Source of the DNA: a virus
Taxonomy: Duplodnaviria; Caudoviricetes
Length of the DNA stretch: 57,680 nucleotides
IMG/VR virus record: IMGVR_UViG_3300044859_001932
Location: 1 to 57,680 of that record
Strand: one strand, 5' to 3'
The first letter of the stretch is position 1. Each line of letters opens with the position of its first letter. Positions 17,597 to 26,777 of the stretch are shown in pieces. A program made the translations under genes and the position numbers. Below the pieces are notes generated by a model. It was not told the DNA's origin, ran no database searches, and saw nothing but the letters and a program-made list of their open reading frames with translations.

Positions 17597-18007
17597 ATGA
17601 AACAACATTTTGTTCCCAACCACCTTCACTTGATCGTGAAAGGTTTTGTTACTAATCCTCCAAAGGAAACCGAAGTATTAAATGACTGGCTTAAAAGGCT
17701 AGTTGAAAAAGTAAGAATGGTGGTTGTCTCCGGACCCTCATCCATTTACGTTGATGAACCAGGAAACGAGGGGATTACTGGAACTGTTACGTTAGCAACT
17801 TCACACGCAGCTATCCATGTTTGGGATCGCAATGTTCCTGCAATGTTTCAATTTGATATCTACTCATGCTCAGAGTTCACAGCAGAAGAGGTTTTAGAGC
17901 ATCTAGACGAGTTTGGTCTTATTTCTTGTGAATACATTCGCATCGACAGAAACGGTGAAAGTATGACAGTTATAGAACAAAAGAGGATAGAATATAAGAC
18001 ATCTTAA
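17597..18007 (+). CDS. speD: S-adenosylmethionine decarboxylase proenzyme-like protein
   Basis: GITGTVTLATSHAAIHVW (pyruvoyl Ser-His) and FDIYSC. Confidence 0.8.
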   Translation: MKQHFVPNHLHLIVKGFVTNPPKETEVLNDWLKRLVEKVRMVVVSGPSSIYVDEPGNEGITGTVTLATSHAAIHVWDRNVPAMFQFDIYSCSEFTAEEVLEHLDEFGLISCEYIRIDRNGESMTVIEQKRIEYKTS

Positions 18008-18008
18008 T

Positions 18009-18045
18009 AAAAAAAAGCCTAGTAATTTATTTTACTAGGCTTTTT
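18009..18045. terminator. bidirectional intrinsic terminator
   Basis: AAAAAGCCTAGTAA...TTACTAGGCTTTTT. Confidence 0.85.
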
Positions 18046-18175
18046 GTGAATTGTAATAATATTATTAGGATTCCGAATATTCTAATCTTTCTAATAAGGT
18101 TTGGCTTGTTTATGAACCCTTAATTTTACCTATATTTCACCATTCTTAATAATAATTACTTTTGTCATTTTTATA

Positions 18176-18973
18176 TTATTTATTATTTATTATTTTTGTA
18201 GCTTTCTTAGGAGCACTCTTAGATCTCATGTTAGGATTTTCTTTGTCTAATATGTCAATTGAAACCTGGTATGCTGGTTTAAAATCTGCACCTGTTATCT
18301 CATACCATCTTGTTTGACTATCATTTTTAGCTAACCAGTGATCATTTTCCACTTTATATTTATATTGATCTCCTGTTCTAGAAATAGTCTGGCTTGCTGC
18401 AGAGTTTCCTTTGCTTAGATCTGCCGGAGCAATATATCCTGATCGATTCGTTATCAAACCATCAATTTCCTTTGCTATTGTATCGTATACAGGTAAATTT
18501 GTGTGGGGATCTGTCACCTTTCCGATTGGAGGCTCGATCAAGGTAACCCCTTCAGCTTTAAATCTGTCATAGTATTTTTTAACCTTATCCTCTGTTACAG
18601 ATACATTATTTCCCCAACCCCAAGATCCTTGAACTACTGAGAATTTAGCCTGCGGAAAAACCCTTCTTAATTCAGTCATAAGGCCTTTGATGTCGTCATT
18701 AGGACTAAAAGCTCCATTAGTTCCGATGTTTATTACCACATCTTTAACTTTAGTGTCAACTGGATGTTTTGAAACAGCGGTCTTTAGCCATTTAACTCCC
18801 ATTCCACTTTTCCATAGGGTTTCTTCTGATCCTGTGTTACCCAACATCGTAAGGGTTTTAGCCCTCTTGAATATATTAGGCGTAACTGAATCCCCTATGA
18901 TGATGCTTGTTCCATCACTTTTAGCCTCATTTAGACTTATAAAAGATTTGAAATTATGTATTTGATTTTCCAT
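18176..18973 (-). CDS. SGNH-hydrolase-like protein with capsid-targeting-like N-terminus
   Basis: IIGDS, INIGTNG, DPH blocks; starts MENQIHNFKSFISLNEA. Confidence 0.7.
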   Translation of the reverse strand: MENQIHNFKSFISLNEAKSDGTSIIIGDSVTPNIFKRAKTLTMLGNTGSEETLWKSGMGVKWLKTAVSKHPVDTKVKDVVINIGTNGAFSPNDDIKGLMTELRRVFPQAKFSVVQGSWGWGNNVSVTEDKVKKYYDRFKAEGVTLIEPPIGKVTDPHTNLPVYDTIAKEIDGLITNRSGYIAPADLSKGNSAASQTISRTGDQYKYKVENDHWLAKNDSQTRWYEITGADFKPAYQVSIDILDKENPNMRSKSAPKKATKIINNK

Positions 18974-18996
18974 GTATTATATATCACCGGGAGATA

Positions 18997-19749
18997 TTAA
19001 AGCTCGCTCAAAAGCATCATCTCTTTATCCCAAGCACCTAATATTTGCCAGTAGAATCCAAATGGGCTTTGTACCAATAGGATCGGATCTCTTTTTTCGT
19101 ATGCCTTTCTGAATTTGTCCGGTTCTGCGATAACATAGAATACTGGTTTCTTTTTGCAAAGCTTCATCATGTTGTCGGTGTAGCTCTTCATCGTTTGAAT
19201 AGCAACATCAGGAAACTCAGGAACGAATAGATCTGAAGTATTCATAACTAGATCATACTTGTCTAGAAGATCATCTATCTTCTCGTCTGTTGTGTTCTGA
19301 TATCCATCAAAGAATTTTTTGAACTTGTCCCATTTCTTTCTGTTCTCCAGACGCTCTATCATAGCTTCAACTTCTCTTCTTGAATACTTCTGAGTAATCA
19401 AATCTCTCTTGTATTCAAGAATTTCAATCTTGTCCTGGAGGTTAGACAGCGTCCAAGGTGTAGGTATAGTTTCTAACTCGTTAACAACGTCGATAGGTTT
19501 AACCGCAATCTTCTTTGGCTTTTTGTCGGTCTGGTATGAACTACCTTTATCAGAACTTCCTGATATTCCTGACATTCCATCGAATGAAATGAATGTGCCT
19601 GTATTTCCACCTCCTATATAACCCGATTGGTAGTTTTTGAAATCAAATAGAAATGTTTCATCCAATCCATCAGAAGAAGATAATGTGAATGAACCACTAT
19701 CATTGTTCTTTTTTCTTTTTGTAAAAAAGTTTTTAATTGATTCTATCAT
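18997..19749 (-). CDS. hypothetical protein
   Basis: 250-aa ORF. Confidence 0.75.
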   Translation of the reverse strand: MIESIKNFFTKRKKNNDSGSFTLSSSDGLDETFLFDFKNYQSGYIGGGNTGTFISFDGMSGISGSSDKGSSYQTDKKPKKIAVKPIDVVNELETIPTPWTLSNLQDKIEILEYKRDLITQKYSRREVEAMIERLENRKKWDKFKKFFDGYQNTTDEKIDDLLDKYDLVMNTSDLFVPEFPDVAIQTMKSYTDNMMKLCKKKPVFYVIAEPDKFRKAYEKRDPILLVQSPFGFYWQILGAWDKEMMLLSEL

Positions 19750-20312
19750 ATTAGGTAGTTTATAAGTTTTTCTTTTATCCCTGATTGTTTAATTCCCTCG
19801 TTAGATCTTGGGGTGAGTACAAAGTTTTTTAGACCATGCCCCTGGTTATATTCTGGTGACATGTTTAAATCGTCGATAGCAACCCAATGGGTAATCTCCG
19901 GATGTAGTTCAAGATATTTTTGTATTTCTAATATCCTCTCTTTTTCTTTCCAGCCTCTCCAATTATAAAGACCAGCAGCTCTCTCATCGAAGTCATAGAG
20001 ATCTGGTGTTGTTGCTATGGGTTTCTTTAAAATACCTTGAGATTCGTAATACTCACCAAGTCCTTCTAGATCAGCATGCAACTTCCAGTCAGACGATACA
20101 ACTATCTCCGCACCGGTTTCTTCCAGAACCTCATTGAGAACTGATATTGCTTTTTTATCAAAGTCATCAAATCTCACAGTAACTGGGGCATCTTTTAGTT
20201 CCCTGCTAGACTCTGGATTTTCGCTCCGATACCTAGACCATTTTTTGCTTCGTCCCCCCCAATTACTTGAGAGACAAAGTACTCCGTCATTATCTAAAAA
20301 TATTACTTTCAT
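19746..20312 (-). CDS. HAD-superfamily protein (Swiss-Army-knife RNA-repair HAD type)
   Basis: VIFLDNDGVL, IVVSSDW, WVAIDD. Confidence 0.85.
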   Translation of the reverse strand: MKVIFLDNDGVLCLSSNWGGRSKKWSRYRSENPESSRELKDAPVTVRFDDFDKKAISVLNEVLEETGAEIVVSSDWKLHADLEGLGEYYESQGILKKPIATTPDLYDFDERAAGLYNWRGWKEKERILEIQKYLELHPEITHWVAIDDLNMSPEYNQGHGLKNFVLTPRSNEGIKQSGIKEKLINYLI

Positions 20313-20316
20313 TTTA

Positions 20317-20523
20317 TTATTTGGTTACAGTAAACATATCAGCGTAATCGGATACCCTTTCATCCGCTATCTCCAAAGAAAATACTAGTTGTTTTTCTTT
20401 GTCTCCGTTTGGATATCTTTTTCTCATCAGTTCATAAAGTACAGTTCTTTCTTCTGAAGGTTCTCTTAGAAATCTCCGTTCTTCGTTTTCTTTTTGTTTA
20501 TTGGTCATTGTTAGAATTTTCAA
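20317..20523 (-). CDS. small hypothetical protein
   Basis: Fills the gap in the operon; start probably about 20508. Confidence 0.55.
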   Translation of the reverse strand: MKILTMTNKQKENEERRFLREPSEERTVLYELMRKRYPNGDKEKQLVFSLEIADERVSDYADMFTVTK

Positions 20524-20842
20524 GCTTTTCTAAATCAGATTTAAGTCTTTTCATAAAAGACTCCTCCCCATCATCTCCACTCAAAAGCCAATCGACTCTA
20601 TGAGCGTAAATCTCTGCCACTCTAAGATGTTTAACTGCGTTCTTAAATTCTTCTATTACCTCGTTGGGATACTTATGGTAATTGAGATCCTCCGGATACT
20701 TCTCGTACCAGCTAGGATCCATCCAACTATCTTTAAGCTCCTCCTGAGTTTTTGGTCGTCCACTTCTTTCGATTTCATGCTCTATCTGATCAGCTATATA
20801 GCCGATCTTGTACTGGTTGTAATCAAATGCTCCGCCGCTCAT
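20498..20842 (-). CDS. conserved phage hypothetical protein
   Basis: Start corrected to MSGGAFDY; C-terminal DWLLSGDDGEESF. Confidence 0.75.
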   Translation of the reverse strand: MSGGAFDYNQYKIGYIADQIEHEIERSGRPKTQEELKDSWMDPSWYEKYPEDLNYHKYPNEVIEEFKNAVKHLRVAEIYAHRVDWLLSGDDGEESFMKRLKSDLEKLENSNNDQ

Positions 20843-20843
20843 A

Positions 20844-21413
20844 TTAGGATGTCTTGGGTGTTCCGCAATCGAAACAAGTTTTAATGATAATAAAATAACC
20901 TCCCTCATTATACAGGTGTTGGTTTACTGTCATGTCATCGGATTTAACATACTTACTAGGTCTCAGATAAGTTCTTTCTACTGGTTTGATTTCTTTACAG
21001 AAATCACATGCGTCCATTTCTACGTCTCCGCTCATATTATTTAGTTCTATAGTTTTTTCTAGGTATTCCCAGGTTGATTTAACCGAGTAGAAAATAGGCT
21101 TTCCGTTTTCGTCCGTTGCGCCATATTTCTTTTTCTTTGATTTTTTTATCTTAACCATCTTACCGTCAATGATTTCGTATGAGTCTATATTTCCTTTATT
21201 CCAATCTTTCTCCCCGTACTCAGATTCGTAACAGAACCAGCTAAACCAATCAGCTCCTTTCTCTCCATATACCTCTTTGATAAGTATATTTATTATATGA
21301 TGTAGCCCATCCGCAAAATCATAAACATCTATTCCAACCTTATGTGCTTTTTGTACTGAAGAATCATACTCTTTTAGACGATCTATAATTTCAGAAAATT
21401 CTTTATATTCCAT
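20844..21413 (-). CDS. hypothetical protein with C-terminal CxxC pair
   Basis: 189 aa. Confidence 0.7.
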   Translation of the reverse strand: MEYKEFSEIIDRLKEYDSSVQKAHKVGIDVYDFADGLHHIINILIKEVYGEKGADWFSWFCYESEYGEKDWNKGNIDSYEIIDGKMVKIKKSKKKKYGATDENGKPIFYSVKSTWEYLEKTIELNNMSGDVEMDACDFCKEIKPVERTYLRPSKYVKSDDMTVNQHLYNEGGYFIIIKTCFDCGTPKTS

Positions 21414-21434
21414 ATATTATATAGAGAACGCATC

Positions 21435-22043
21435 TTACTTTGTTTCATTGGCATTTGAAAAGGAGTATATCAAACTACCATTTTTGGTTAGATCTATAAC
21501 CTCCTTGTAATCTTCTTTAGGTATAGAGAAACACCCCCAGCTCCAAGGTGTTCTTTGTACTTCACTGTTATGGAACACTATTGACCTGTCTCTTACCCTA
21601 TTATTTCTCTTTTCTAGTCCATCTACTCTCATCGAATACCCGAATGATCCTTTATATGTCTCTGCTGTTTTCATAAATCCTAGTGAGGATTTTTTAGAAT
21701 CATTAACATTAGAAAATGCTGTAGGTATTGATGTTCTGCCTGATCCGTCTGAACCCATTCCGTGACAAACCTTTGTTGATTTGATGATCTTATTAGAATC
21801 AAGGTCAACTATAAAAAGTCTATCTTCTTCCATTGGCTTATTAAAATCAACTATGATAACTTTCCTGGTCGAAAGATTCTTCTTATATTTAGTGTATCCA
21901 GATTTAGCTAGCGATACAATGCTATCGTTATATTCTTGTGGTTTATTAACCTTATGGTTCACTCTAAGATCTTTATTTGTTTGCGCATCAGTACACGATA
22001 TAACTAATATGATTGCGGTTAAAATACTTAATAGATTTTTCAT
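21435..22043 (-). CDS. L,D-transpeptidase catalytic-domain (YkuD_2-like) lipoprotein
   Basis: Lipoprotein-like signal ILVISC; IIVDF, CHGMGS, FSN..DSKKSSLG, IVFH...SWGCF. Confidence 0.85.
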   Translation of the reverse strand: MKNLLSILTAIILVISCTDAQTNKDLRVNHKVNKPQEYNDSIVSLAKSGYTKYKKNLSTRKVIIVDFNKPMEEDRLFIVDLDSNKIIKSTKVCHGMGSDGSGRTSIPTAFSNVNDSKKSSLGFMKTAETYKGSFGYSMRVDGLEKRNNRVRDRSIVFHNSEVQRTPWSWGCFSIPKEDYKEVIDLTKNGSLIYSFSNANETK

Positions 22044-22062
22044 ATATTTTATTATTTATTTA

Positions 22063-22094
22063 CAAATATAATTCAAAGTTTCGGTAATAAAAAA
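22063..22094 (-). promoter_or_regulatory. Bacteroidota-type promoter
   Basis: TTTTTTATTACCG...TATATTTG. Confidence 0.65.
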
Positions 22095-22098
22095 TATC

Positions 22099-22134
22099 CA
22101 AAAAAAAATCAGAAACAAAAGCTTCTGATTTTTT
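22099..22134. terminator. intrinsic terminator
   Basis: AAAAAATCAGAA...TTCTGATTTTTT. Confidence 0.7.
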
Positions 22135-22152
22135 ATATTGTTTGAAATATCC

Positions 22153-23238
22153 TTAAGACCTTCTTTTCTTAAGAAGCTCTGGTTTAATAACTATTTTATC
22201 TTTCCCTAACGTGTCTGTGATATCCTTATCTGTTACATTATACCAATTGTTAGTATTAGTTTTTACGTTAATGGGCATTGTATACGGCTGTGATTCAACG
22301 TCAATTGCTCCATCCTTTTTAAATGTTGAATAATCAATTTTAACTTCTATTGTTTTATTACCTGTTTTCTCTTTCCACTTAGCATAATACTTAGCAAAAT
22401 CATCGCTATTTGTGATCAAATCTATACATCCGATAGATCCGGGTGCACTTCCCCCATGCAGATAGAAACTACTTCTACCGAATGTGTTTGTACCAGGTTT
22501 AGGGTTTAGTGCCCATCGGTAATCTCCCCAAGCAACTTTAGATGATGCGGTATTCTGATTAAACTCGTGACCTTCTGTATCTTTTACTGTAGACCCGGGT
22601 AATACAGAAACCGTTGATCTAGCAACAACTTTTTTAGCGTAGTTAGGATCCGTTTTCCATTTGGTGTCTATTTCCCTATGTTGGGTTGCACCTAGTGTGT
22701 ATAGTCCGGGAGGTGTTGGTCCTTCATTCTTAGCCTTAGACCATTCTGTGTGGGACACGGTATATCTTTTATTCCAGATAGCAGGTTTTATATACCAGTG
22801 GTAATAAGTTCTTCCTGATACAGCAGTCCAAGATTTAACCGCTTTACCGTTTTCTATAAATTGAAGCTTGTTACCGTTAAAAAGTAAATAATCCTTAGAT
22901 TTTTCTGCGGTATTATTATTAATTTTCTTTCCCCCAGTTTTTTTATCAAGATATTTCATAATCTTTGGAGTAAGAGCTTTACCATCTGTACCCTTTAGCT
23001 CTTTGCTAGTTTCAGCAACTTTTCTAATTGCCTTTTCTGTATTCCCCCCATAAAATCCATCTACCTCTATCTTTGGAGCGTCTTCAGGTAAAGCTAGATT
23101 CAACTTAGCCTGATATTCTTTGATTTTATCGTAATTTTCTCCAGATTTAGATAAATTTATTTTTTGTATTAAACCGGATTTAATTTCGTTTTCGCTCTCG
23201 TTAAGGCTAAAGTCATTGAAAAGTTTTAGGTTTTTCAT
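22153..23238 (-). CDS. PG-binding-like + Tlde1/DUF2778-like L,D-transpeptidase-fold protein
   Basis: VDGFYGGNT; AVSG, GPTPPGLY, RSSFYLHGG...SIGCI; N-terminus MKNLKLFNDFSLNES. Confidence 0.8.
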   Translation of the reverse strand: MKNLKLFNDFSLNESENEIKSGLIQKINLSKSGENYDKIKEYQAKLNLALPEDAPKIEVDGFYGGNTEKAIRKVAETSKELKGTDGKALTPKIMKYLDKKTGGKKINNNTAEKSKDYLLFNGNKLQFIENGKAVKSWTAVSGRTYYHWYIKPAIWNKRYTVSHTEWSKAKNEGPTPPGLYTLGATQHREIDTKWKTDPNYAKKVVARSTVSVLPGSTVKDTEGHEFNQNTASSKVAWGDYRWALNPKPGTNTFGRSSFYLHGGSAPGSIGCIDLITNSDDFAKYYAKWKEKTGNKTIEVKIDYSTFKKDGAIDVESQPYTMPINVKTNTNNWYNVTDKDITDTLGKDKIVIKPELLKKRRS

Positions 23239-23285
23239 TTATAATTTTTTTAAATTTAGTCTATATATCACAATATATATAAGAT

Positions 23286-23507
23286 ATGATACCAAGTAAA
23301 GAATATTTAGATCACATAGCGAAAAGACTGGAAGCAATGAATCCCAATATAGTCAATGGGGTTAATATCATTCAGGAGCCATATAAAATGACAAGCTTTG
23401 AGGATCAATTAGGTCAAACTGCAATGGCTTATCTTGCAAACAAAAAAAATCAGGAACATATAGCCCCTGATCCTCTTTTCACTGATAGAAATACGTATCA
23501 ATACTGA
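23286..23507 (+). CDS. small hypothetical protein
   Basis: 73 aa after an AATATATA motif. Confidence 0.55.
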   Translation: MIPSKEYLDHIAKRLEAMNPNIVNGVNIIQEPYKMTSFEDQLGQTAMAYLANKKNQEHIAPDPLFTDRNTYQY

Positions 23508-23820
23508 TTACTTAACGTATAAGACAACATATTGGTAAACTTATAACTACTATAAGATTTCTTATTTATTCATTCTAGTGGCTTCTAATGAGCTACTAGG
23601 TATTGTTATTTTTCACCATACCAAACAAAGTTACCTAAATTATACATCATGTTTATTAAGAGGTTTTCCAATCCCATTTCGGTCTCATAATAGTTAATAA
23701 AAAAACCATTTTATTCTCTCCTTTTTTAGGAAGATTTCCGTCCGATTAGTTTTTTTATGATTTTTCTTCTACAAAAAGCGAACCGTATTTTATGTTAACA
23801 CATATTTTCATATTTTTATT

Positions 23821-24546
23821 TCATTCCCAGTATTTTTGATCCTCATAGAAGTGTTTCTTGTTACCCCTATTAAACCAATTTTTCATTACCATCCTAAGCA
23901 TTCTAAGATATCCGAATTTTTTAAATCTTCTATTATCCTGTGTTATTAAATTGGGAATAAGTTTAAAGTTCTTTGATTTTATTTGTCTGCTCAGTAACCA
24001 ATCTTCAGACTGGTGAACCATCTCATCAAATCCACCTAGCTCTACGAATTTTTTTCTAGAAATTAACATGAATGCACCTATGGCAAATGGATCAGTTATT
24101 GACATTATTCTAGCGGTTAATTTATTAAAAGAAAAGATCAGACTTGCTGCCAGATCAACTTCACCCATATATTCCGGTGTTGTTCCGATAAGCTCGAGGT
24201 TTGTATTTTCTTTAAGTGCATCAAATGCCATTTCTATTGCTACCAAATCGGTAAATGTTATATCAGCATCAAGGAATAATATGAAAGGGGTTTTAACCAG
24301 AGCAGCACCCCTATTTCTTCCTACCGAAACTGATCCACCTTCTATAACTTCTATATTTAGCTTGTTGTCTTCAGATTTTATGAATTCCTCTATTTTTTGA
24401 ATCGTAGAATCAGAGGATCCGCCATCGGCAATAATAACTCTAATTCCTTTTGTCCCTGATTGAATAGATATCTCATCAAGGGTTCTTTTAATGTAATTTT
24501 CCTCGTTTTTACAAGGAATAACGATGCTCAAATAATCCTTTATCAT
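23821..24546 (-). CDS. glycosyltransferase family 2
   Basis: SIVIPCKNEE, ADGGSSD, RNRGA, FLDAD, GGFDE, SED. Confidence 0.92.
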   Translation of the reverse strand: MIKDYLSIVIPCKNEENYIKRTLDEISIQSGTKGIRVIIADGGSSDSTIQKIEEFIKSEDNKLNIEVIEGGSVSVGRNRGAALVKTPFILFLDADITFTDLVAIEMAFDALKENTNLELIGTTPEYMGEVDLAASLIFSFNKLTARIMSITDPFAIGAFMLISRKKFVELGGFDEMVHQSEDWLLSRQIKSKNFKLIPNLITQDNRRFKKFGYLRMLRMVMKNWFNRGNKKHFYEDQKYWE

Positions 24547-25210
24547 AAACTATATAGCTATTATTTTCAATCCAGTCACCACAGTTAAGATAGTGAATTC
24601 CATCGATGTGGGTATCAGCCACTGTGTGTATGTGACCGCAGATAACTCCAGAGCATCCTCTTTTTTTAGCCTGGAATACTAATTGCTTTTCGAAAGAGGT
24701 TATAAATTTTATAGCCCCTTTAACTTTATTTTTTAAATACTTACTTAGAGATCTTTTATATCCTATACTTTTAAGAAATCTATCTAGCGATATTGCCATC
24801 TCGTATCCAACAGATCCTAGCATGCCAAGCCACTTTAACTTAACAACGCCATCATAAAGATCCCCGTGTGTTATATAGTACCCTTTAAATTTAGCCTCGT
24901 TAACTACTTTTATATTATCGCCAAGAAATAGCGGAACATAATGTCTTAGAAATTCGTCATGATTTCCTGCTATGTAAGTTACATTAGTTCCGTTTTTGCT
25001 GTATGATAATATTTTTCTAATGAGGTTGGTGTTCTGCTGTGTCCAATAGTGTCTTTTCTTAAGAAGCCATCCATCAATAAAATCCCCAACTATAAAGAGT
25101 TCCTCAGGATCGTACATTTTTAGTGTTTCTAAAAGTTTTCCTGAATTCGATCCCTTGCTGCCCAAATGGACATCTGATATAAATAGGGCTTTTACTTTTT
25201 CTGCTTTCAT
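24509..25210 (-). CDS. LpxH-like metallophosphoesterase (UDP-2,3-diacylglucosamine hydrolase family)
   Basis: ISDVHLG, GDFIDGW, GNHD, HGD, CGHIH, NCGDW. Confidence 0.88.
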   Translation of the reverse strand: MKAEKVKALFISDVHLGSKGSNSGKLLETLKMYDPEELFIVGDFIDGWLLKKRHYWTQQNTNLIRKILSYSKNGTNVTYIAGNHDEFLRHYVPLFLGDNIKVVNEAKFKGYYITHGDLYDGVVKLKWLGMLGSVGYEMAISLDRFLKSIGYKRSLSKYLKNKVKGAIKFITSFEKQLVFQAKKRGCSGVICGHIHTVADTHIDGIHYLNCGDWIENNSYIVYDKGLFEHRYSL

Positions 25211-25572
25211 TACTTTTTCATTAGGCTATTGTCATAGTACTCGGTTAAAGATTTAGATAGCTCAATACCGCCATCATAAAAGAATTTAACTGCATATCTA
25301 TCTACTTTAGGTTTATCCTCATTTTCAAATCTTCCGTCCATCTCATAGAGAACATAAAGATCCTCACTTAAAATAAATGCTAAATCAGCTATAAAAGTTT
25401 GCTTTAGTGTGACGTCCAAATCTCCCCACCAGATCTTTTCATCCTTAGTACAAATGTTTGCGTTGAAGATGGATAGATTTTCAGGATGTCTTTCCCTGTA
25501 ACCACTTTTTGAATGAGAGATAATAGCTCCCAGCGAACCTATTATTGATTGTGCTTTTTGTTCTTTGTTCAT
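25210..25572 (-). CDS. hypothetical protein
   Basis: 120-aa ORF. Confidence 0.75.
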   Translation of the reverse strand: MNKEQKAQSIIGSLGAIISHSKSGYRERHPENLSIFNANICTKDEKIWWGDLDVTLKQTFIADLAFILSEDLYVLYEMDGRFENEDKPKVDRYAVKFFYDGGIELSKSLTEYYDNSLMKK

Positions 25573-25576
25573 GCTA

Positions 25577-26041
25577 TTACTTTGTTTTTATTGATTCAAT
25601 AAATTCTTTATTTGACTCTATCATTCGGCCAACTGAGTTTCTGCCCTTCTCCCCGATAGGAATTGGATTTCCCTCCTCGTCGATATGAACGAACTTAATG
25701 TGTGTTTTAAGAACTAGTGCCTGTCTACCTGTGTAAACATTATGTGCTCTGGCCTCGATGTATAAAGTTATTGATGTGTGACCTATGTCAGTAGGTATTC
25801 CATACACCTTAACAAGCTGTCCTTCTTTCGCTGGTTTTTCAAAATAACACTTATCGATAAGTATTGTGACCATTCTTGGTGTATCACATAGCTGCATAGA
25901 ATACCCAGCAGCAGCTGCATCGATCCATTTTAATAATTGACCTCCAAAAAGATTCCCATGAAATCCAAGATCTGACTTTTTAATTGGATGGAAAGTTAAA
26001 ATATCCATTTCCGTTTGGTTTTGATTTACAGTTTTTTCCAT
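25577..26041 (-). CDS. acyl-CoA thioesterase (hotdog fold)
   Basis: DLGFHGNLFGGQLLKWIDAAA. Confidence 0.88.
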   Translation of the reverse strand: MEKTVNQNQTEMDILTFHPIKKSDLGFHGNLFGGQLLKWIDAAAAGYSMQLCDTPRMVTILIDKCYFEKPAKEGQLVKVYGIPTDIGHTSITLYIEARAHNVYTGRQALVLKTHIKFVHIDEEGNPIPIGEKGRNSVGRMIESNKEFIESIKTK

Positions 26042-26051
26042 GCCATCTGTA

Positions 26052-26423
26052 TTAAATTATTTTTAATTTTAATCCTTCTATAACTAATGATGCTGTCATA
26101 TAGTTTGTTGCCAATGGCGTGTTATAAACGTTGCAGATACGAAGCAACATGTTAACATCAACCTGATGTGGATGAACCTCCAGAGGATCAATAAAGAAAA
26201 TAACAGCATCTATTTCTCCATCAGAAACCATAGATGCAATCTGTGCGTCACCACCTAAAGGTCCAGACTTTAAACAGTTCACTTCAAGACCAGCATGCGT
26301 GATATGCTTACCCGTTGTACCTGTTGCAAGTATATCAACCTTCTTAAAGAAATCAAGTCTCTTCATTACAAAGGCAACTATGTCTGCCTTTTTTCCGTCA
26401 TGTGCAATAACTGCTATCTTCAT
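26052..26423 (-). CDS. mgsA: methylglyoxal synthase
   Basis: IAHDGKK, ATGTTG, SGPLGGDAQI, FFIDP, PHQVD, PLATN. Confidence 0.95.
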   Translation of the reverse strand: MKIAVIAHDGKKADIVAFVMKRLDFFKKVDILATGTTGKHITHAGLEVNCLKSGPLGGDAQIASMVSDGEIDAVIFFIDPLEVHPHQVDVNMLLRICNVYNTPLATNYMTASLVIEGLKLKII

Positions 26424-26641
26424 TTTAATTCTCCGTATTCCTGGTTATAGTATTCTTCCGCAGTTCCGTTACATCCTTGATTGAATTCACCCTTATCATA
26501 GGCATCCATTATTTTTTCCTTCTCCTTAGGTAAGCTGTTTTCTAACATAATTACAATCCCATTCATGGTTAAAGTTATTCCCCTAGATTCTATTTCTATG
26601 ACAGATTCTATTAGGTGTTGAAGTGTTGTTTTATTTCTCAT
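26420..26641 (-). CDS. hypothetical protein
   Basis: EKEKIMDAY...AEEYYNQ motif. Confidence 0.7.
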   Translation of the reverse strand: MRNKTTLQHLIESVIEIESRGITLTMNGIVIMLENSLPKEKEKIMDAYDKGEFNQGCNGTAEEYYNQEYGELK

Positions 26642-26777
26642 ATGGATATTGCGAGTTGATAATTAATCCATCCGATTATAAACTCGTAGTTACCGTTTAA
26701 GCACCTGTCGTGTGTTATCTTAATATATGGGATAATATACATCTGGTACATTACCTCGTCTATCCGTATCTTCATGG

